DNA of 64,000 nucleotides from assembly GCF_009914755.1 (NCBI RefSeq), contig NC_060934.1. The stretch is one strand, 5' to 3'. The stretch comes from the human T2T-CHM13v2.0 reference genome, Homo sapiens. The translations under genes and the position numbers were made by a program. A model generated the notes under the pieces. The model was not told where the DNA came from, made no database searches, and worked only from the letters and a program-made list of their open reading frames with translations. Positions 13,291-28,149 of the stretch are shown here, one piece after another; positions within the stretch are counted from its first letter, which is position 1; every line of letters starts with the position of its first letter.

Positions 13291-16200
13291 GTGTTTAGTC
13301 CAGTCCATTCCATTCCATTCCATTCCACTCCGGTTGATTCCATTCCATTCCATTCCATTCCATTGCATTCCTTTCCATTCCATTCCATTCCATTCCATTC
13401 CATTCCATTCCATTCCATTCCATTGCATTCCACTCGGGTTGATTTCACTCCATTCCATTCCATTCCATGTCGTTACATTCTATTGCATTCCATTCCACTC
13501 GGGTTGATTCCACTCCATTTCATTCCATTCTATGCCGTTCCATTCCATTCCATTCCATTCCATTCCATTCCATTCATTTCAATTCCTTTCCATTCCATTC
13601 CACTCTGGATGATTCCATTCCATTCCATTCCATTCCATGCAATTCCATTGTCTTGCATTCCACTCGCGTTGCTTCCTTTCCATTCCATTCCATTAGTTTC
13701 CATTCCATTCCATTCCATTCATTCCATTCCATTCCATTCCATTACACTGAGGTTGATTCTGTTCAATTCCATTCCAATCCATTCAATTCCATTCCATTCT
13801 AGTTGATTCCATTGCATTCCATGCCATTCCATTCCATTCCATTCTATTCCAATGCATTCCATTAGGGTTGATTTCATTCCATTCCATTTCATTCCATTCC
13901 ATTGCATTCTACTCGGGTTAATTCCATTCCATTCCATTCCATTCCATTCCATTCCATTCCATTCCATTCCATTCCCTTCCATTCCATTTCATTCCTTTCA
14001 AGTTGATTCCATTCCCTTCCATTGCATTCCATTCCATTCCAATCGGGTTGATTTACTTCCATTCCATTCCATTCCATTCCATTCCATTCCATTCCATTCC
14101 ATTCCATTCCATTCTAGTCTATTCCATTCCATTCCATTTCATTCCATTCCATTCCATTCCATTCCATTCCATTCCTGTCCATTCCATTCCATTTCATTCC
14201 ATTCCTTTCCATTCCATTCTTTTCCACTCGTGTTGATTCCATTCCATTCTCTTCCATTCCATTCCATTCCATTCCATTCCATTCCATTCCATTCCACTCG
14301 TGTTCATTTCATTCCATTCCGTTCCGTTTCATTCCATTGCATTCCATTCCATTCCATTGCACTCGGGTTGATTCCATTCCATTCCATTCCATTCTACTGG
14401 TGTTTATTCCATTCCATTCCATTGCATTCCATTGCATTCGATTCCATTGCATTCCATTCCACTCGTGTTGACTTCATTCCATACCATTGCATTCCATTGC
14501 ATTCCATTCCTTTCCATTCCATTCCCTTCCTTTCCATTCCACTCGAGTTGTTTACATTCCATTCCATTCCATTCCATTCCATTCCATTGCATTCAATTCC
14601 ATTCCATTGCATTCCGTCCATTCCATTTCACTCTATTCCCTTCCATACCCTTTCACTCCATTCCCTTCCATTCCATTGGAATCGGATTCTTTCCATTCCA
14701 TTCCATTCCATTCCATTTCATTCCATTCCATTCCATTCTATTCCATTCCATTCCATTCCATTGCCTTCCATTCCACTCCATTCCATTCCATTCCATTCCA
14801 TTGCATTCCATTCCACTCGGGTTGTTTCCTTTCCATTCCATTCCATTTGTTTCCATTGCATTCCAATCCATTCATTCCTTTCCATTCCATTCCATTACAA
14901 TGAGGTTGATTCTGTTCAATTCCATTCCAATCCATTCATTGCCATTCCATTCTAGTTGATTCCATTGCATTCAATGCCATTCCATTCCATTCCATTCTAT
15001 TCCAATGCATTCCATTAGGGTGGATTTCATTCCATTCCATTTCATTCCATTCCATTGCATTCTACTCGGGTTAATTCCATTCCATTCCATTCCATTCCAT
15101 TCCATTCCATTCCTGTCCATTCCATTCCATTCAATTCCATTCCATTCCATTCCATTCCATTCCATTCCATTCCTTTCCATTCCATTCCTTTCCACTCCGG
15201 TTGATTCCATTCCATTCCATTCCATTCCAAGGCATTCCTTTCCACTCCATTCAATTCCTTTCCATTCTACTCGGGTTGATTCCATTCCATTCCATTCCAT
15301 TCCATTCCATTGCATTGCATTCCACTCAGGTTGTTTTCACTCCATTCCATTCCATTCCACTGCATTGCATTCCACTGCATTGCATTCCACTCAGGTTGTT
15401 TTCACTCCATTCCATTCCATTCCATGTCGTTACATTCCATTCCATTCCATTCCACTCGGGTTGATTCCACTCCATTTCATTCCATTCCATGCCGTTCCGT
15501 TCCATTCCATTCCATTCCACTCCATTCCATTCCATTCCATTCCATTCCATTCCAATCATTTCAATTCCTTTCCATTCCATTCCACTCTGGTTGATTCCAT
15601 TCCATTCCATTCCATTCCATTCCATTCCATTCTATATCATAACATTGCACTCGAATTGATTCCATTCTATTCCATTCCATTCCATTCCATTCCATTCTAC
15701 TCGGGTTGATTCCACTCCATTCCATTCCATTCCATTCCATTCCATTCATTTCAATTCCTTTCCATTCCATTCCACTCTGGTTGATTCCATTCCATTCCAT
15801 TCCATTCCATTCCATTCCATTCCATTCCATTGCATTCCACTCTGGTTGATTTCACTCCATTCCATTCCATTCCATGTCGTTACATTCCATTCCATTCCAT
15901 TCCACTCGGGTTGATTCCACTCCATTTCATTCCATTCCATGCCGTTCCATTCCATTCCATTCCATTCCATTCCATTCCATTCCATTCCATTCCATTCCAT
16001 TCATTTCAATTCCTTCCCATTCCATTCCACTCTGGTTGATTCCATTCCATTCCATTCCATTCCATTCCATTCCATTCTATACCATTACATTGCACTCGAA
16101 TTGATTCCATTCTATTCCATTCCATTCCATTCCATTCCATTCTACTCGGGTTGATTCACCATTCAATTCCATTCCATTCCATTCCATTCCAGTCCATTCC

Positions 16201-19200
16201 ATTCCAGTCCATTCCATTCCATTCCATTCCACTCGGGTTGATTTCACTCCATTCCATTCCATTCCATGCCGTAACATTCTATTCCACTCCATTCCACTCG
16301 GGTTGATTCCACTCCATTCCATTCCATTCCATGCCGTTCCATTCCATTCCATTCCATTCCATTCCATTCCATTCCACTCGGTTTGATTCCACTCCATTCC
16401 AATCCATTCCATGTCGTTACAGTCCATTCCATTCCATTGCACTCGGGTTGATTGCATTCCATTCCATTCCATTCCATTGCATTCCATTCCATTCCAATCC
16501 ATTCCATGTCGTTACAGTCCATTCCATTCCATTGCACTCGGGTTGATTGCATTCCATTCCATTCCATTCCATTGCATTCCATTCCATTCCACCCGGATTG
16601 ATTCCATTCCATTCCATTATAATCCATTCCATTCCATTCCATTCCACTGGGGTTGATTCCATTCCATTCCATTCCATTCCATTCCATTCCATTCTATTCC
16701 ATTCCATTCCATTCCATTCCATTCCACTCGGGTTGACTCCATTCCATAACATTGCATTACATTGCATTCCATTCCTTTCCTTTCGATTCCATTCCTTTCC
16801 ATTCCATTCCTTTCCACTAGAGTTGATTCCATTCCATTCTATTCCATTCCATTCCATTCCACTCGTGTTTAGTTCAGTCCATTCCATTCCATTCCATTCC
16901 ACTCCGGTTGATTCCATTCCATTCCTTTCCCTTCCATTGCATTCTTTTCCATTCCATTCCATTCCATTCCATTGCATTCCTTTCCATTCCATTCCATTCC
17001 ATTCCATTCCATTGCTTTCCACTCGGGTTGATTTCACTCCATTCCATTCCATTCCATGTCGTTACATTCCATTGCATTCCATTCCACCTGGGTTGATTCC
17101 ACTCCATTTCATTCCATTCTATGCCGTTCCATTCCATTCCATTCCATTCCATTCCATTCCATTCATTTCAATTCCTTTCCATTCCATTCCACTCTGGATG
17201 ATTCCATTCCATTCCATTCCATTCCATGCCATTCCGTTGTCTTGCATTCCACTCGCGTTGCTTCCTTTCCATTCCATTCCATTAGTTTCCATTCCATTCC
17301 ATTCCATTCATTCCATTCCATTCCATTCCATTACACTGAGGTTGATTCTGTTCAATTCCATTCCAATCCATTCAATTCCATTCCATTCTAGTTGATTCCA
17401 TTGCATTCCATGCCATTCCATTCCATTCCATTCTATTCCAATGCATTCCATTAGGGTTGATTTCATTCCATTCCATTTCATTCCATTCCATTGCATTCTA
17501 CTCGGGTTAATTCCATTCCATTCCATTCCATTCCATTCCATTCCATTCCATTCCATTCCATTCCATTCCATTTCATTCCATTCCATTCCCTTCCATTCCA
17601 TTTCATTCCTTTCCAGTTGATTCCATTCCCTTCCATTGCATTCCATTCCATTCCAATCTGGTTGATTTACTTCCATTCCATTCCATTCCATTCCATTCCA
17701 TTCTAGTCTATTCCATTCCATTCCATTCCATTCCTGTCCATTCCATTCCATTTCATTCCATTCCTTTCCATTCCATTCTTTTCCACTCGGGTTGATTCCA
17801 TTCCATTCTCTTCCATTCCATTCCATTCCATTCCATTCCATTCCATTCCATTCCATTCCATTCCACTCGTGTTCATTTCATTCCATTCCGTTCCATTTCA
17901 TTCCATTCCATTCCATTCCATTCCATTCTATTCCATTCCATTCCATTCCATTGCACTCGGGTTGATTCCATTCCATTCCATTCCATTCCATTCCACTGGT
18001 GTTTATTCCATTCCATTCCATTGCATTCCATTGCATTCGATTCCATTGCATTCCATTCCACTCGTGTTGACTTCATTCCATACCATTGCATTCCATTGCA
18101 TTCCATTCCTATCCATTCCATTCCCTTCCTTTCCATTCCACTCGAGTTGTTTCCATTCCATTCCATTCCATTCCATTCCATTCCATTCCATTGCATTCAA
18201 TTCCATTCCATTCCATTCCGTCCATACCATTTCACTCTATTCCCTTCCATTCCCTTTCACTCCATTCCCTTCCATTCCATTGGAATAGGATTCTTTCCAT
18301 TCCATTCCATACCATTCCATTTCATTCCATTCCATTCCATTCCATTCCATTCCATTCCATTCCATTGCCTTCCATTCCACTCGGGTTGTTTCCTTTCCAT
18401 TCCATTCCATTAGTTTCCATTGCATTCCAATCCATTCATTCCTTTCCATTCCATTCCATTACACTGAGGTTGATTCTGTTCAATTCCATTCCAATCCATT
18501 CATTGCCATTCCATTCTAGTTGATTCCATTGCATTCAATGCCATTCCATTCCATTCCATTCTATTCCAATGCATTCCATTAGGGTTGATTTCATTCCATT
18601 CCATTTCATTCCATTCCATTGCATTCTACTCGGGTTAATTCCATTCCATTCCATTCCATTCCATTCCATTTCCTTCCTTTCCAGTTGATTCCATTCCCTT
18701 CCATTCCATTCCATTCCATTCCAATCGGGTTGATTTCCTTCCATTTCATTCCATTCTAGTCCATTCCATTCCATTCCATTCCATTCCCTTCCATTCTAGT
18801 CCATTTCATTCTATTCCATTCCATTCCGTTCCATTCCATTCCATTCCTGTCCATTCCATTCCATTCCATTCCATTCCATTCCATTCCTTTCCATTCCATT
18901 CCTTTCCACTCGGGTTGATTCCATTCCATTCTCTTCCATTCCATTCCATTCCATTCCATTCCATTCCATTCCACTCGTGTTCATTTCATTCCATTCCATT
19001 CCATTGCATTCCATTCCACTGGTGTTTATTCCATTCCACTCCATTCCTTTGCATTCCATTCCATTCCATTTCATTCCATTCCATTCCATTCCATTCCACT
19101 CAGGTTGACTCCATTCCATACCATTGCATTACATTGCATCCCATTCCTTTCCTTTCGATTCCATTCCTTTCCATTCCATTTCTTTCCACTCGAGTTGATT

Positions 19201-20600
19201 CCATTTCATTCTATTCCATTCCATTCCATTCCACTCGTCTTTATTCCAGTCCATTCCATTCCATTCCATTCCACTCCGGTTGATTCCATTCCATTCCATT
19301 CCATTCCAAGGCATTCCTTTCCACTCCATTCCATTCCTTTCCATTCTACTCGGGTTGATTCCATTCCATTCCATTCCATTCCATTCCATTGCATTGCATT
19401 CCACTCAGGTTGTTTTCACTCCATTCCATTCCAATCCATGTCGTTACATTCCATTCCATTCCATTCCACTCGTGTTGATTCCACTCCATTTCATTCCATT
19501 CCATGCCGTTCCGTTCCATTCCATTCCATTCCACTCCATTCCATTCCATTCCATTCCATTCCATTCATTTCAATTCCTTTCCATTCCATTCCACTCTGGT
19601 TGATTCCATTCCATTCCATTCCATTCCATTCCATTCCATTCTATACCATAACATTGCACTCGAATTGATTCCATTCTATTCCATTCCATTCCATTCCATT
19701 CCATTCTACTCGGGTTGATTCCATTCCATTCCATTCCATTCCATTCCATTCCATTCCATTCATTTCAATTCCTTTCCATTCCATTCCACTCTGGTTGATT
19801 CCATTCCATTCCATTCCATTCCATTGCATTCCACTCGGGTTGATTTCACTCCATTCCATTCCATTCCATGTCGTTACATTCCATTCCATTCCATTCCACT
19901 CGGGTTGATTCCACTCCATTTCATTCCATTCCATGCCGTTCCATTCCATTCCATTCCATTCCATTCATTTCAATTCCTTCCCATTCCATTCCACCCTGGT
20001 TGATTCCATTCCATTCCATTCCATTCCATTCCATTCCATTCCATTCCATTCTATACCATTACATTGCACTCGAATTGATTCCATTCTATTCCATTCCATT
20101 CCATTCCATTCCATTCTACTCGGGTTGATTCACCATTCCATTCCATTCCATTCCATTCCATTCCAGTCCATTCCATTCCAGTCCATTCCATTCCATTCCA
20201 TTCCACTCGGGTTGATTTCACTCCATTCCATTCCATTCCATGCCGTAACATTCTATTCCACTCCATTCCACTCGGGTCGATTCCACTCCATTCCATTCCA
20301 TTCCATGCCATTCCATTCCATTCCATTCCATTCCATTCCATTCCATTCCATTCCATTCCACTCGGTTTGATTCCACTCCATTCCAATCCATTCCATGTCG
20401 TTACAGTCCATTCCATTCCATTGCACTCGGGTTGATTGCATTCCATTCCATTCCATTCCATTGCATTCCATTCCTTTCCACCCGGATTGATTCCATTCCA
20501 TTCCATTATAATCCATTCCATTCCATTCCATTCCACTGGGGTTGATTCCATTCCATTCCATTCCATTCCATTCCATTCCATTCCATTCCATTCCATTCCA
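13150..20600 (+). repeat. Tandem ~3.6-4.0-kb duplication (units ~13,150-16,725 and ~16,726-20,600), repeated at ~43,710-51,120
   Basis: Markers CTCTGGATGATT, CTCGCGTTGCTT (~13,663/~17,252), TTGGAAT(C/A)GGATTC (~14,676/~18,280), CCAAGGCATT (~15,227/~19,306), TGATTCACCA (~16,152/~20,126). ORF offsets are 3,589, then ~4,079-3,974 after ~0.5 kb of extra sequence in the second unit. Confidence 0.85.
16401..16590 (+). repeat. Tandem 95-bp duplication (AATCCATTCCATGTCGTTACAGTCC...GCACTCGGGTTGATTGC), repeated at ~46,944-47,133
   Basis: Units start at 16,401 and 16,496. The paralogous sites at ~20,386 and ~30,350 carry a single unit. Confidence 0.88.
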
Positions 20601-23600
20601 TTCCATTCCATTCCATTCCTTTCCGTTCCATTTGATTCCTTTCCAGTTGATTCCATTCCATTCCATTGCATTCCATTCAATTCCAGTCGGGTTGGTTTCA
20701 TTCCATTCCATTCTAGTCCATTCCACTCCATTCCATTCCATTCCATTCCATTCCTATTCATTCCATTCCATTCCATTCCATTCTAGTGGATTTCATTGCA
20801 TTCCATGCCATTCCATTCCATTGCACTCTATTCCAATCCATTCCATTCGGGTTGATTTCTTTCCATTCCATTTCATTCCATTCCATTGCATTCCACTCGG
20901 GTTAATTCCGTTCCATTCCATTCCATTCCATTCCATTCCATTCCATTTCATTCCTTTCCATTCCATTCCATTCTATTCCTGTGCATTCCATTGCATTCCA
21001 TTCCATTCCATTCCATTCCATTCCACTGTGTTTATTCCATTCCACTCCATTCCATTGCATTCCATTGCATTCCATTTCATTCTATTCCATTCCATTCCAT
21101 TCCACTCGGGTTGACTCCATTCCATACCATTGCATTCCATTACATTCCATTCCTTTCCTTTCCATTCCATTCCTTTCCATTCCGTTCCTTTCCACTCGAG
21201 TTGATTCCATTCCACTCTATTCCATTCCATTCCATTCCATTCCTTCCATTCCATTCCATTCCTTTCCATTCCATTCCACTCAGGTTGATTCCATTCCATT
21301 CCATTCCATTCCATTGATTTCCACTCGGGTTGATTCCATTCCATTCCATTCCATTCCATTCCATTCCATTGCATTCCATTTCATTCCTTTCCAGTTGATT
21401 CCATTCCATTCCTTTGCATTCCATTCCATTCCAATCGCGTTGATTTCATTCCATTCCATTCCATTCTAGTCCATTCCATTCCATTCCATTCCATTCCATT
21501 CCATTCCATTCCATTCCATTCCATTCCTGTGCATTCCATTCCATTCCATTCCATTCCATTCCATTCCATTCCATTCCTGTCCATTCCATTCCATTCCATT
21601 CCATTCCATTCCATTCCATTCCATTCCACTGGTGTTTATTCCATTCCACTCCATTCCATTGCATTCCATTCCACTGGTGTTTATTCCATTCCACTCCATT
21701 CCTTTGCATTCCATTGCATTCCATTTCATTCCAATCAATTGCATTCCATTCCGCTCGGGTTGACTCCATTCCATACCATTGCATTCCATTGCATTCCATT
21801 CCATTGCATTCCTTTCCTTTCCTTTCCATTCCATTCCTTTCCAATCGAGTTGATTCCATTCCATTCAATTCCATTCCATTCCATTCCATTCCACTCGTGT
21901 TTATTCCAGTCCATTCCATTCCATTCCATTCCACTCCGGTTGATTCCATTCCATTCCATTCCATTCCATTCCATTGCATTCCTTTCCACTCCATTCCATT
22001 CCATTCCATTCTACTCGGGTTGATTCCATTCCACTCTATTCCATTCCATTCCATTCCATTCCTTCCATTCCATTCCACTTGGGTTGATTCCATTCCATTC
22101 CATTCCGGTCCATTCCACTGGGGTTGATTCCATTCCATTCGTTTCCAATCCATTCCATTCCATTCCATTGCACTCGGGTTGATTCCATTCCATTCCATTC
22201 CATTCCATTCCATTCCATTGCACTCGGGTTGATTCCATTCCATTCCATTCCATTCCATTCCACCCGGATTGATTCCATTCCATTCCATTATAATCCATTC
22301 CATTCCATTCCATTACACTGGGGTTGATTCCATTCCATTCCATTCCATTCCATTCTATTCCATTCCATTCCATTCCATTCCATTCCGTTCCATTTGATGC
22401 CTTTCCAGTTAATTCCAGTCCATTCCATTGCATTCCATTTAATTCCAGTCGGGTTGATTTCATACCATTCCATTCCATTCTAGTCCATTCCACTCCATTC
22501 CATTCCATTCCATTCCATTCCTGTTCATTCCATTCCATTCCATTCCATTCTAGTGGATTTCATTGCATTCCATGCCATTCCATTCCATTCCACTCTATTC
22601 CAATCCATTCCATTCGGGTTGATTTCTTTCCATTCCATTTCATTCCATTCCATTGCATTCCACTCTGGTTAATTCCATTCCATTCCATTTCATTCCTTTC
22701 CATTCCATTCCATTCTATTCCTGTGCATTCCATTGCATTCCATTCCATTCCATTCCATTCCATTCCATTCCATTCCACTGGTGTTTATTCCATTCCACTC
22801 CATTCCATTGCATGCCATTCCATTCCATTTCATTCTATTCCATTCCATTCCATTCCACTCGGGTGACTCCATTCCATACCATTGCATTCCATTACATTCC
22901 ATTCCTTTCCTTTCCATTCCATTCCTTTCTATTCCGTTCCTTTCCACTCGAGTTGATTCCATTCCACTCTATTCCATTCCATTCCATTCCATTCCTTTCC
23001 ATTCCATTCCATTCCATTCCACTCGGGTTGATTCCATTCCATTCCATTACATTCCATTCCATTCTACTCGGGTACATTCTATTTCGTTCCGTTCCATTCC
23101 ATTCCATTCCATTCCATTCATTTCCTTTCCATTCCATTCCACTCCACTCGAGTTGATTCCATTCCATTCCATTCCATTCCATTCCATTAAATTCCATTCC
23201 ATTCCAGTTCATTCCATTCCTTTCCATTCCATTCCATTCCCTTCCATTCCATTCCATTCCATTCCATTCCTTTGCATTGTAATCGGGTTGATTCCAATCC
23301 ATTCCATTACATTCCAGTCCTTTCCATTCCATTACTTTCCACTCGGTTTGTTTCCATTACATTGAATTCCATTCCGTTCCATTCCATTCCATTGCATTCC
23401 ATTGCATTCCATTCCACTCGGGTTGTTTCCTTTCCATTCCATTCCATTCCATTCCATTCCATTCACTCTATTCCATTCCATTCCATTCTACTCAGGTTGA
23501 TTCCGTTCGATTCCATTCCAATCCATTCCCTTCCATTCCTTTCTAGTTGATTCCATTGCATTCCATGCCGTTCCATTCCATTCCACTCCATTCCAATCCG

Positions 23601-25197
23601 TTCCACTCGGGTTGATTCTATTCCATTCCATTCCATTTCATTCCTTTCCAGTTGATTCCATTCCATTCCATTGCATTCCATTCCATTCCAATCGGGTTGA
23701 TTTCATTCCATTCCATTCCATTCTAGTCCATTCCATTCCATTCAATTCCATTCCATTCCATTCCACTCCATTCCACTGGTGTTTATTCCATTCCATTCCA
23801 TTCCATTCCATTCCATTCCCTTCCATTCCATTCCGGTCCATTCCATTCCATTCCATTCCATTCCACTGGTGTTTATTCCGTTCCACTCCATTCCATTGCA
23901 TTCCATTCCACTGGTGTTTATTAAATTCCACCCCATTCCTTTGCATTCCATTGAATTCCATTTCATGTCATTCCATTGCATTCCATTCCACTCGGGTTGA
24001 CTCCATTCCATACCATTGCATTCCATTCCTTTCCTTTTGATTCCATTCCTTTCCATTCCATTCCTTTCTACTCGAGTTGATTCCATTCCATTCTATTCCA
24101 TTCCATTGCATTCCATTCCACTCGTGTTTATTCCAGTCCATTCCATTCCATTCCATTCCACTCTGGTTGATTCCATTCCATTCCATTGCATTCCTTTCCA
24201 CTCCATTCAATTCCTCTCCATTCTACTCGGGTTGATTCCATTCCATTCCATTCCATTCCATTCCATTCCATTCCATTGCATTCCACTCGGGTTGATTTCA
24301 CTCCATTCCATTCCATTCCATGTTGTTACATTCCATTCCATTCCATTCCACTCAGGTTGATTCCCCTCCATTTCATTCCATTCCATGCCGTTCCGTTCCA
24401 TTGCATTCCATTCCATTCCATTCCATTCCCTTCCATTCCATTCCATTCCATTCCGTTGCATTGGAATAGGGTTGATTCCAATCCATTCCATTACATTCCA
24501 GTCCTTTCCCTTCCATTACATTCCACTCGGTTTTTTTCCATTACATTGAATTCCATTCCATTCCTTTCCATTCCATTCCATTCCATTCAATTCCACTCCA
24601 CCTGGATTGATTCCATTCCATTCCATTATAATCCATTGCATTCCATTCCATTCCACCCGGATTGATTCCATTCCATTCCATTATAATCCATTCCATTTCA
24701 TTCCATTCCACTGGGGTTGATTCCATTCCATTCCATTCCATTCCATTGCATTCCATTCCATTCCGTTCCATTTGATTCCTTTCCAGTTGATTCCGTTCCA
24801 ATCCATTGCATTCCATTCCATTCCAATCGCGTTGATTTCATTCCATTCCATTACATTCTAGTTCATTCCACTCCATTCCATTCCATTCCATTCCATTCCT
24901 ATTCATTCCATTCCATTCCATTCTAGTTGATTTCATTGCATTCCATGCCATTCCATTCCATTCCACTCTATTCCAATCCATTCCATACGGGTTGGTTTCT
25001 TTCCATTTCATTCCATTCCATTCCGTAGCATTGGAATCGGGTTGATTCCAATCCATTCCATTACATTCAAGTCCTTTCCATTCCATTACATTCCATTCGG
25101 TTTGTTTCCATTACATTGAATTCCATTCCATTCCATTCCATTCCATTCCATTCCATTCCATTCCATTCCTTTCCATTCCATTCCATTCAATTCCATT

Positions 25198-25405
25198 CCA
25201 CCCGGATTGATTCCATTCCATTCCATTTTAATCCATTCCATTCCATTCCATTCCACCCGGATTGATTCCATTCCATTCCATTATAATCCATTCAATTCCT
25301 TTCCACCCGGATTTATTCCATTCCATTCCATTTTAATCCATTCCATTCCATTCCATTCCACCCGGATTGATTCCATTCCATTCCATTATAATCCATTCCA
25401 TTCCA
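25198..25405 (+). repeat. Four tandem CCACCCGGAT modules arranged as a duplicated 105-bp dimer
   Basis: Modules start at 25,198, 25,253, 25,303 and 25,358 (spacing 55/50/55), with alternating TTTTAATCC and TTATAATCC variants. Confidence 0.88.
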
Positions 25406-28149
25406 TTCCATTTCACAGGGGTTGATTCCATTCCATTCCATTCCAATCCATTCCATTCCATTCCATTCCATTAAATTCCATTCCATTCCAGTTCATTCCA
25501 TTCCTTTCTATTCCATTCCATTGCCTTCAATTCCATTCCATTCTATTCCATTCCATTGCATTGTAATCGTGTTGATTCCAATGCATTCCATTACATTCCA
25601 GTCCTTTCCATTCCATTACATTCCACTCGGTTTGTTTCCATTACATTGAATTCCATTCCGTTCCCTTCCATTCCATTGCATTCCATTGCATTCCATTCCA
25701 CTCGGGTTGTTTCCTTTCCATTCCATTCCTTTAGTTTGCATTCCATTCCATTCCATTCCATTCACTCCATTCCATTCCATTCCATTCTACTCAGGTTGAT
25801 TCCGTTCGATTCCATTCCAATCCATTCCCTTCCATTCCATTCTAGTTGATTCCATTGCATTCCATGCCGTTCCATTCCATTCCACTCCATTCCAATCCGT
25901 TCCACTCGGGTTGATTCCATTCCATTCCATTCCATTCCACTCGGGTTGATTCCATTCCATTCCATTCCATTCCACTCGGGTTGATTCCATTCCATTCCAT
26001 TCCATTCCATTCCATTCCATTCCATTTCATTCCTTTCCAGTTGATTCCATTCCATTCCATTGCATTCCATTCCATTCCATTGCATTCCATTCCATTCCAA
26101 TCGGGTTGATTTCGTTCCATTCCATTCCATTCTAGTCCATTCCATTCCATTCCATTACATTACATTGCATTACATTACATTACTTTACATTACATTCCTG
26201 TCCACTCAATTCCATTCCATTCCATTCCATTCCATTCGTGTCCATTCCATTCCATTGCATTCCATTCCACTCGGGTTGACTCCATTCCATACCATTGCAT
26301 TCCATTGCATTCCATTCCTTTCCTTTCCAATCCGTTCCTTTCCATTCCGTTCCTTTCCACTCGAGTTGATTCCATTCCATTTTATTCCATTCCATTCCAT
26401 TCCATTCCATTCCATTCCATTCCATTCCATTCCATTCCACTCGTGTTTATTCCAGTCCATTCCATTCCATTCCATTCCACTCCGGTTGATTCCATTCCAT
26501 TCCATTCCTTTCCACTCCATTCGATTCCATTCCATTCTACTCGGGTTGATTCCTTTCCATTCCATTCCATTCCATTCCATTCCATTCCATTCCATTCCAC
26601 TCGGGTTGATTTCACTCCATTCCATTCCATTCCATGTTGTTACATTCCATTCCACTCCATTCCATTCCATTGCATGCCATTCCATTCATTTAAATTCCTT
26701 TCCATTCCATTCCACTCTGGTTGATTCCATTCCATTCCATTCCATTCCATTCCATTCCATTCCATACAATTACATTGCACTCGAATTGATTCCATTCTAT
26801 TCCATTCCATTCCTTTCCATTCCATTCCACTCAGGTTGATTCCATTCCATTCCATTCCATTCCATTCCATTCCATTCCATTCCATTACATTACATTACAT
26901 TACATTACATTTCATTCAACTAGAGTTGATTCCATTCCATTCCATTCCATTCCATTCCATTTCTTTCGGTTGATTCCAATCCATCGCTTTCCATTCCTTT
27001 CCATTCGATTCCGTTCCGTTCCATTCCACTTCGGTTGATTCGATTCCATTCCATTCCTATCCATTCCATTCCATTCCATTCCATTCCATTCCATTCCATT
27101 CCATTCCTTTACAGTTGATTCCATTCCATTCCATTGCATTCCATTCCATTCCAATCGTTTTAATTTCATTCCATTCCATTCTATTCTAGTCCATTCCATT
27201 CCATTCCATTACATTACATTACATTCCTGTCCTTTCCATTCCATTCCATTCCATTACATTCCATTCCACTCCATTCCATTCCATTCCTTTCCATTCCATT
27301 CCATTCCACTGGTGTTTATTCCATTCCACTCCATTCCATTGCATTCCATTCCACTGGTGTTTATTCCATTTCACTCCATTCATTTACATTCCATTACATT
27401 CCATTTCATTCCATTCCATTCCATTCCATTCCACTCGGGTTGACTCCATTCCATACCATTGCATTCCATTCCTTTCCTTTTGATTCCATTCCTTTCCATT
27501 CCATTCCTTTCCACTCGAGTTGATTCCATTCCATTCTATTCCATTCCATTGCATTCCATTCCACTCGTGTTTATTCCTTTCCATTCCATTCCATTCCATT
27601 CCATTCCATTCTATTCCATTCCTCTCCGGTTGATTCCATTCCATTCCATTCCATTCCACTGCATTTCTTTCCCCTCCATTCAATTCCTTTCCATTCTACT
27701 CGGGTTGATTCCATTCCATTCCATTCCATTCTATTCCATTGCATTCCACTCGGGTTGTTTCACTCCATTCCATTCCATTGCATGTCGTTACATTCCATTC
27801 CATTCCATTCCACTCAGGTTGATTCCAATCCTTTTCATTGCATTCCATGCCGTTCCATTCCATTCCATTCCATTCCATTCCATTCCATTCCATTCCATTC
27901 TATACCATTACATTGCACTCGAATTGATTCCATTATATTCCATTCCATTCCATTCCATTCTACTTGGTTTGATTCATTCCATTCCATTCCATTCCATTCG
28001 ATTCCATTCCATTCCTTTACATTCCATTCCATTACATTACATTTCATTCCACTCGAGTTTATTCCATTCCATTCCATTCCATTCCATTCGGTTGATTCCA
28101 ATCCATTGCTTTCCATTCCTTTCCATTCCATTCCCAACCTTTCCATTCC

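Noticed and set aside
14670-14690. Plus-strand GGAAT forming ATTCCA-T-TGGAAT (also ~18,281, 24,462, 25,032, 28,301, 45,230, 48,809) as micro-inversions or heat-shock elements
   Set aside because: It is explained by point changes from paralogous CATTGTAATCGGG/CCAATCGGG modules. TTC-to-GAA spacing is 5 nt, not the 2 nt of a canonical HSE.
13150-20600. Assignment to Y-chromosome DYZ1 because of the ~3.6-kb offset
   Set aside because: The offset is local (two units) and shifts to ~4 kb. The decamer-rich, very regular sequence does not resemble DYZ1 as I recall it. The chromosome cannot be assigned without alignment.
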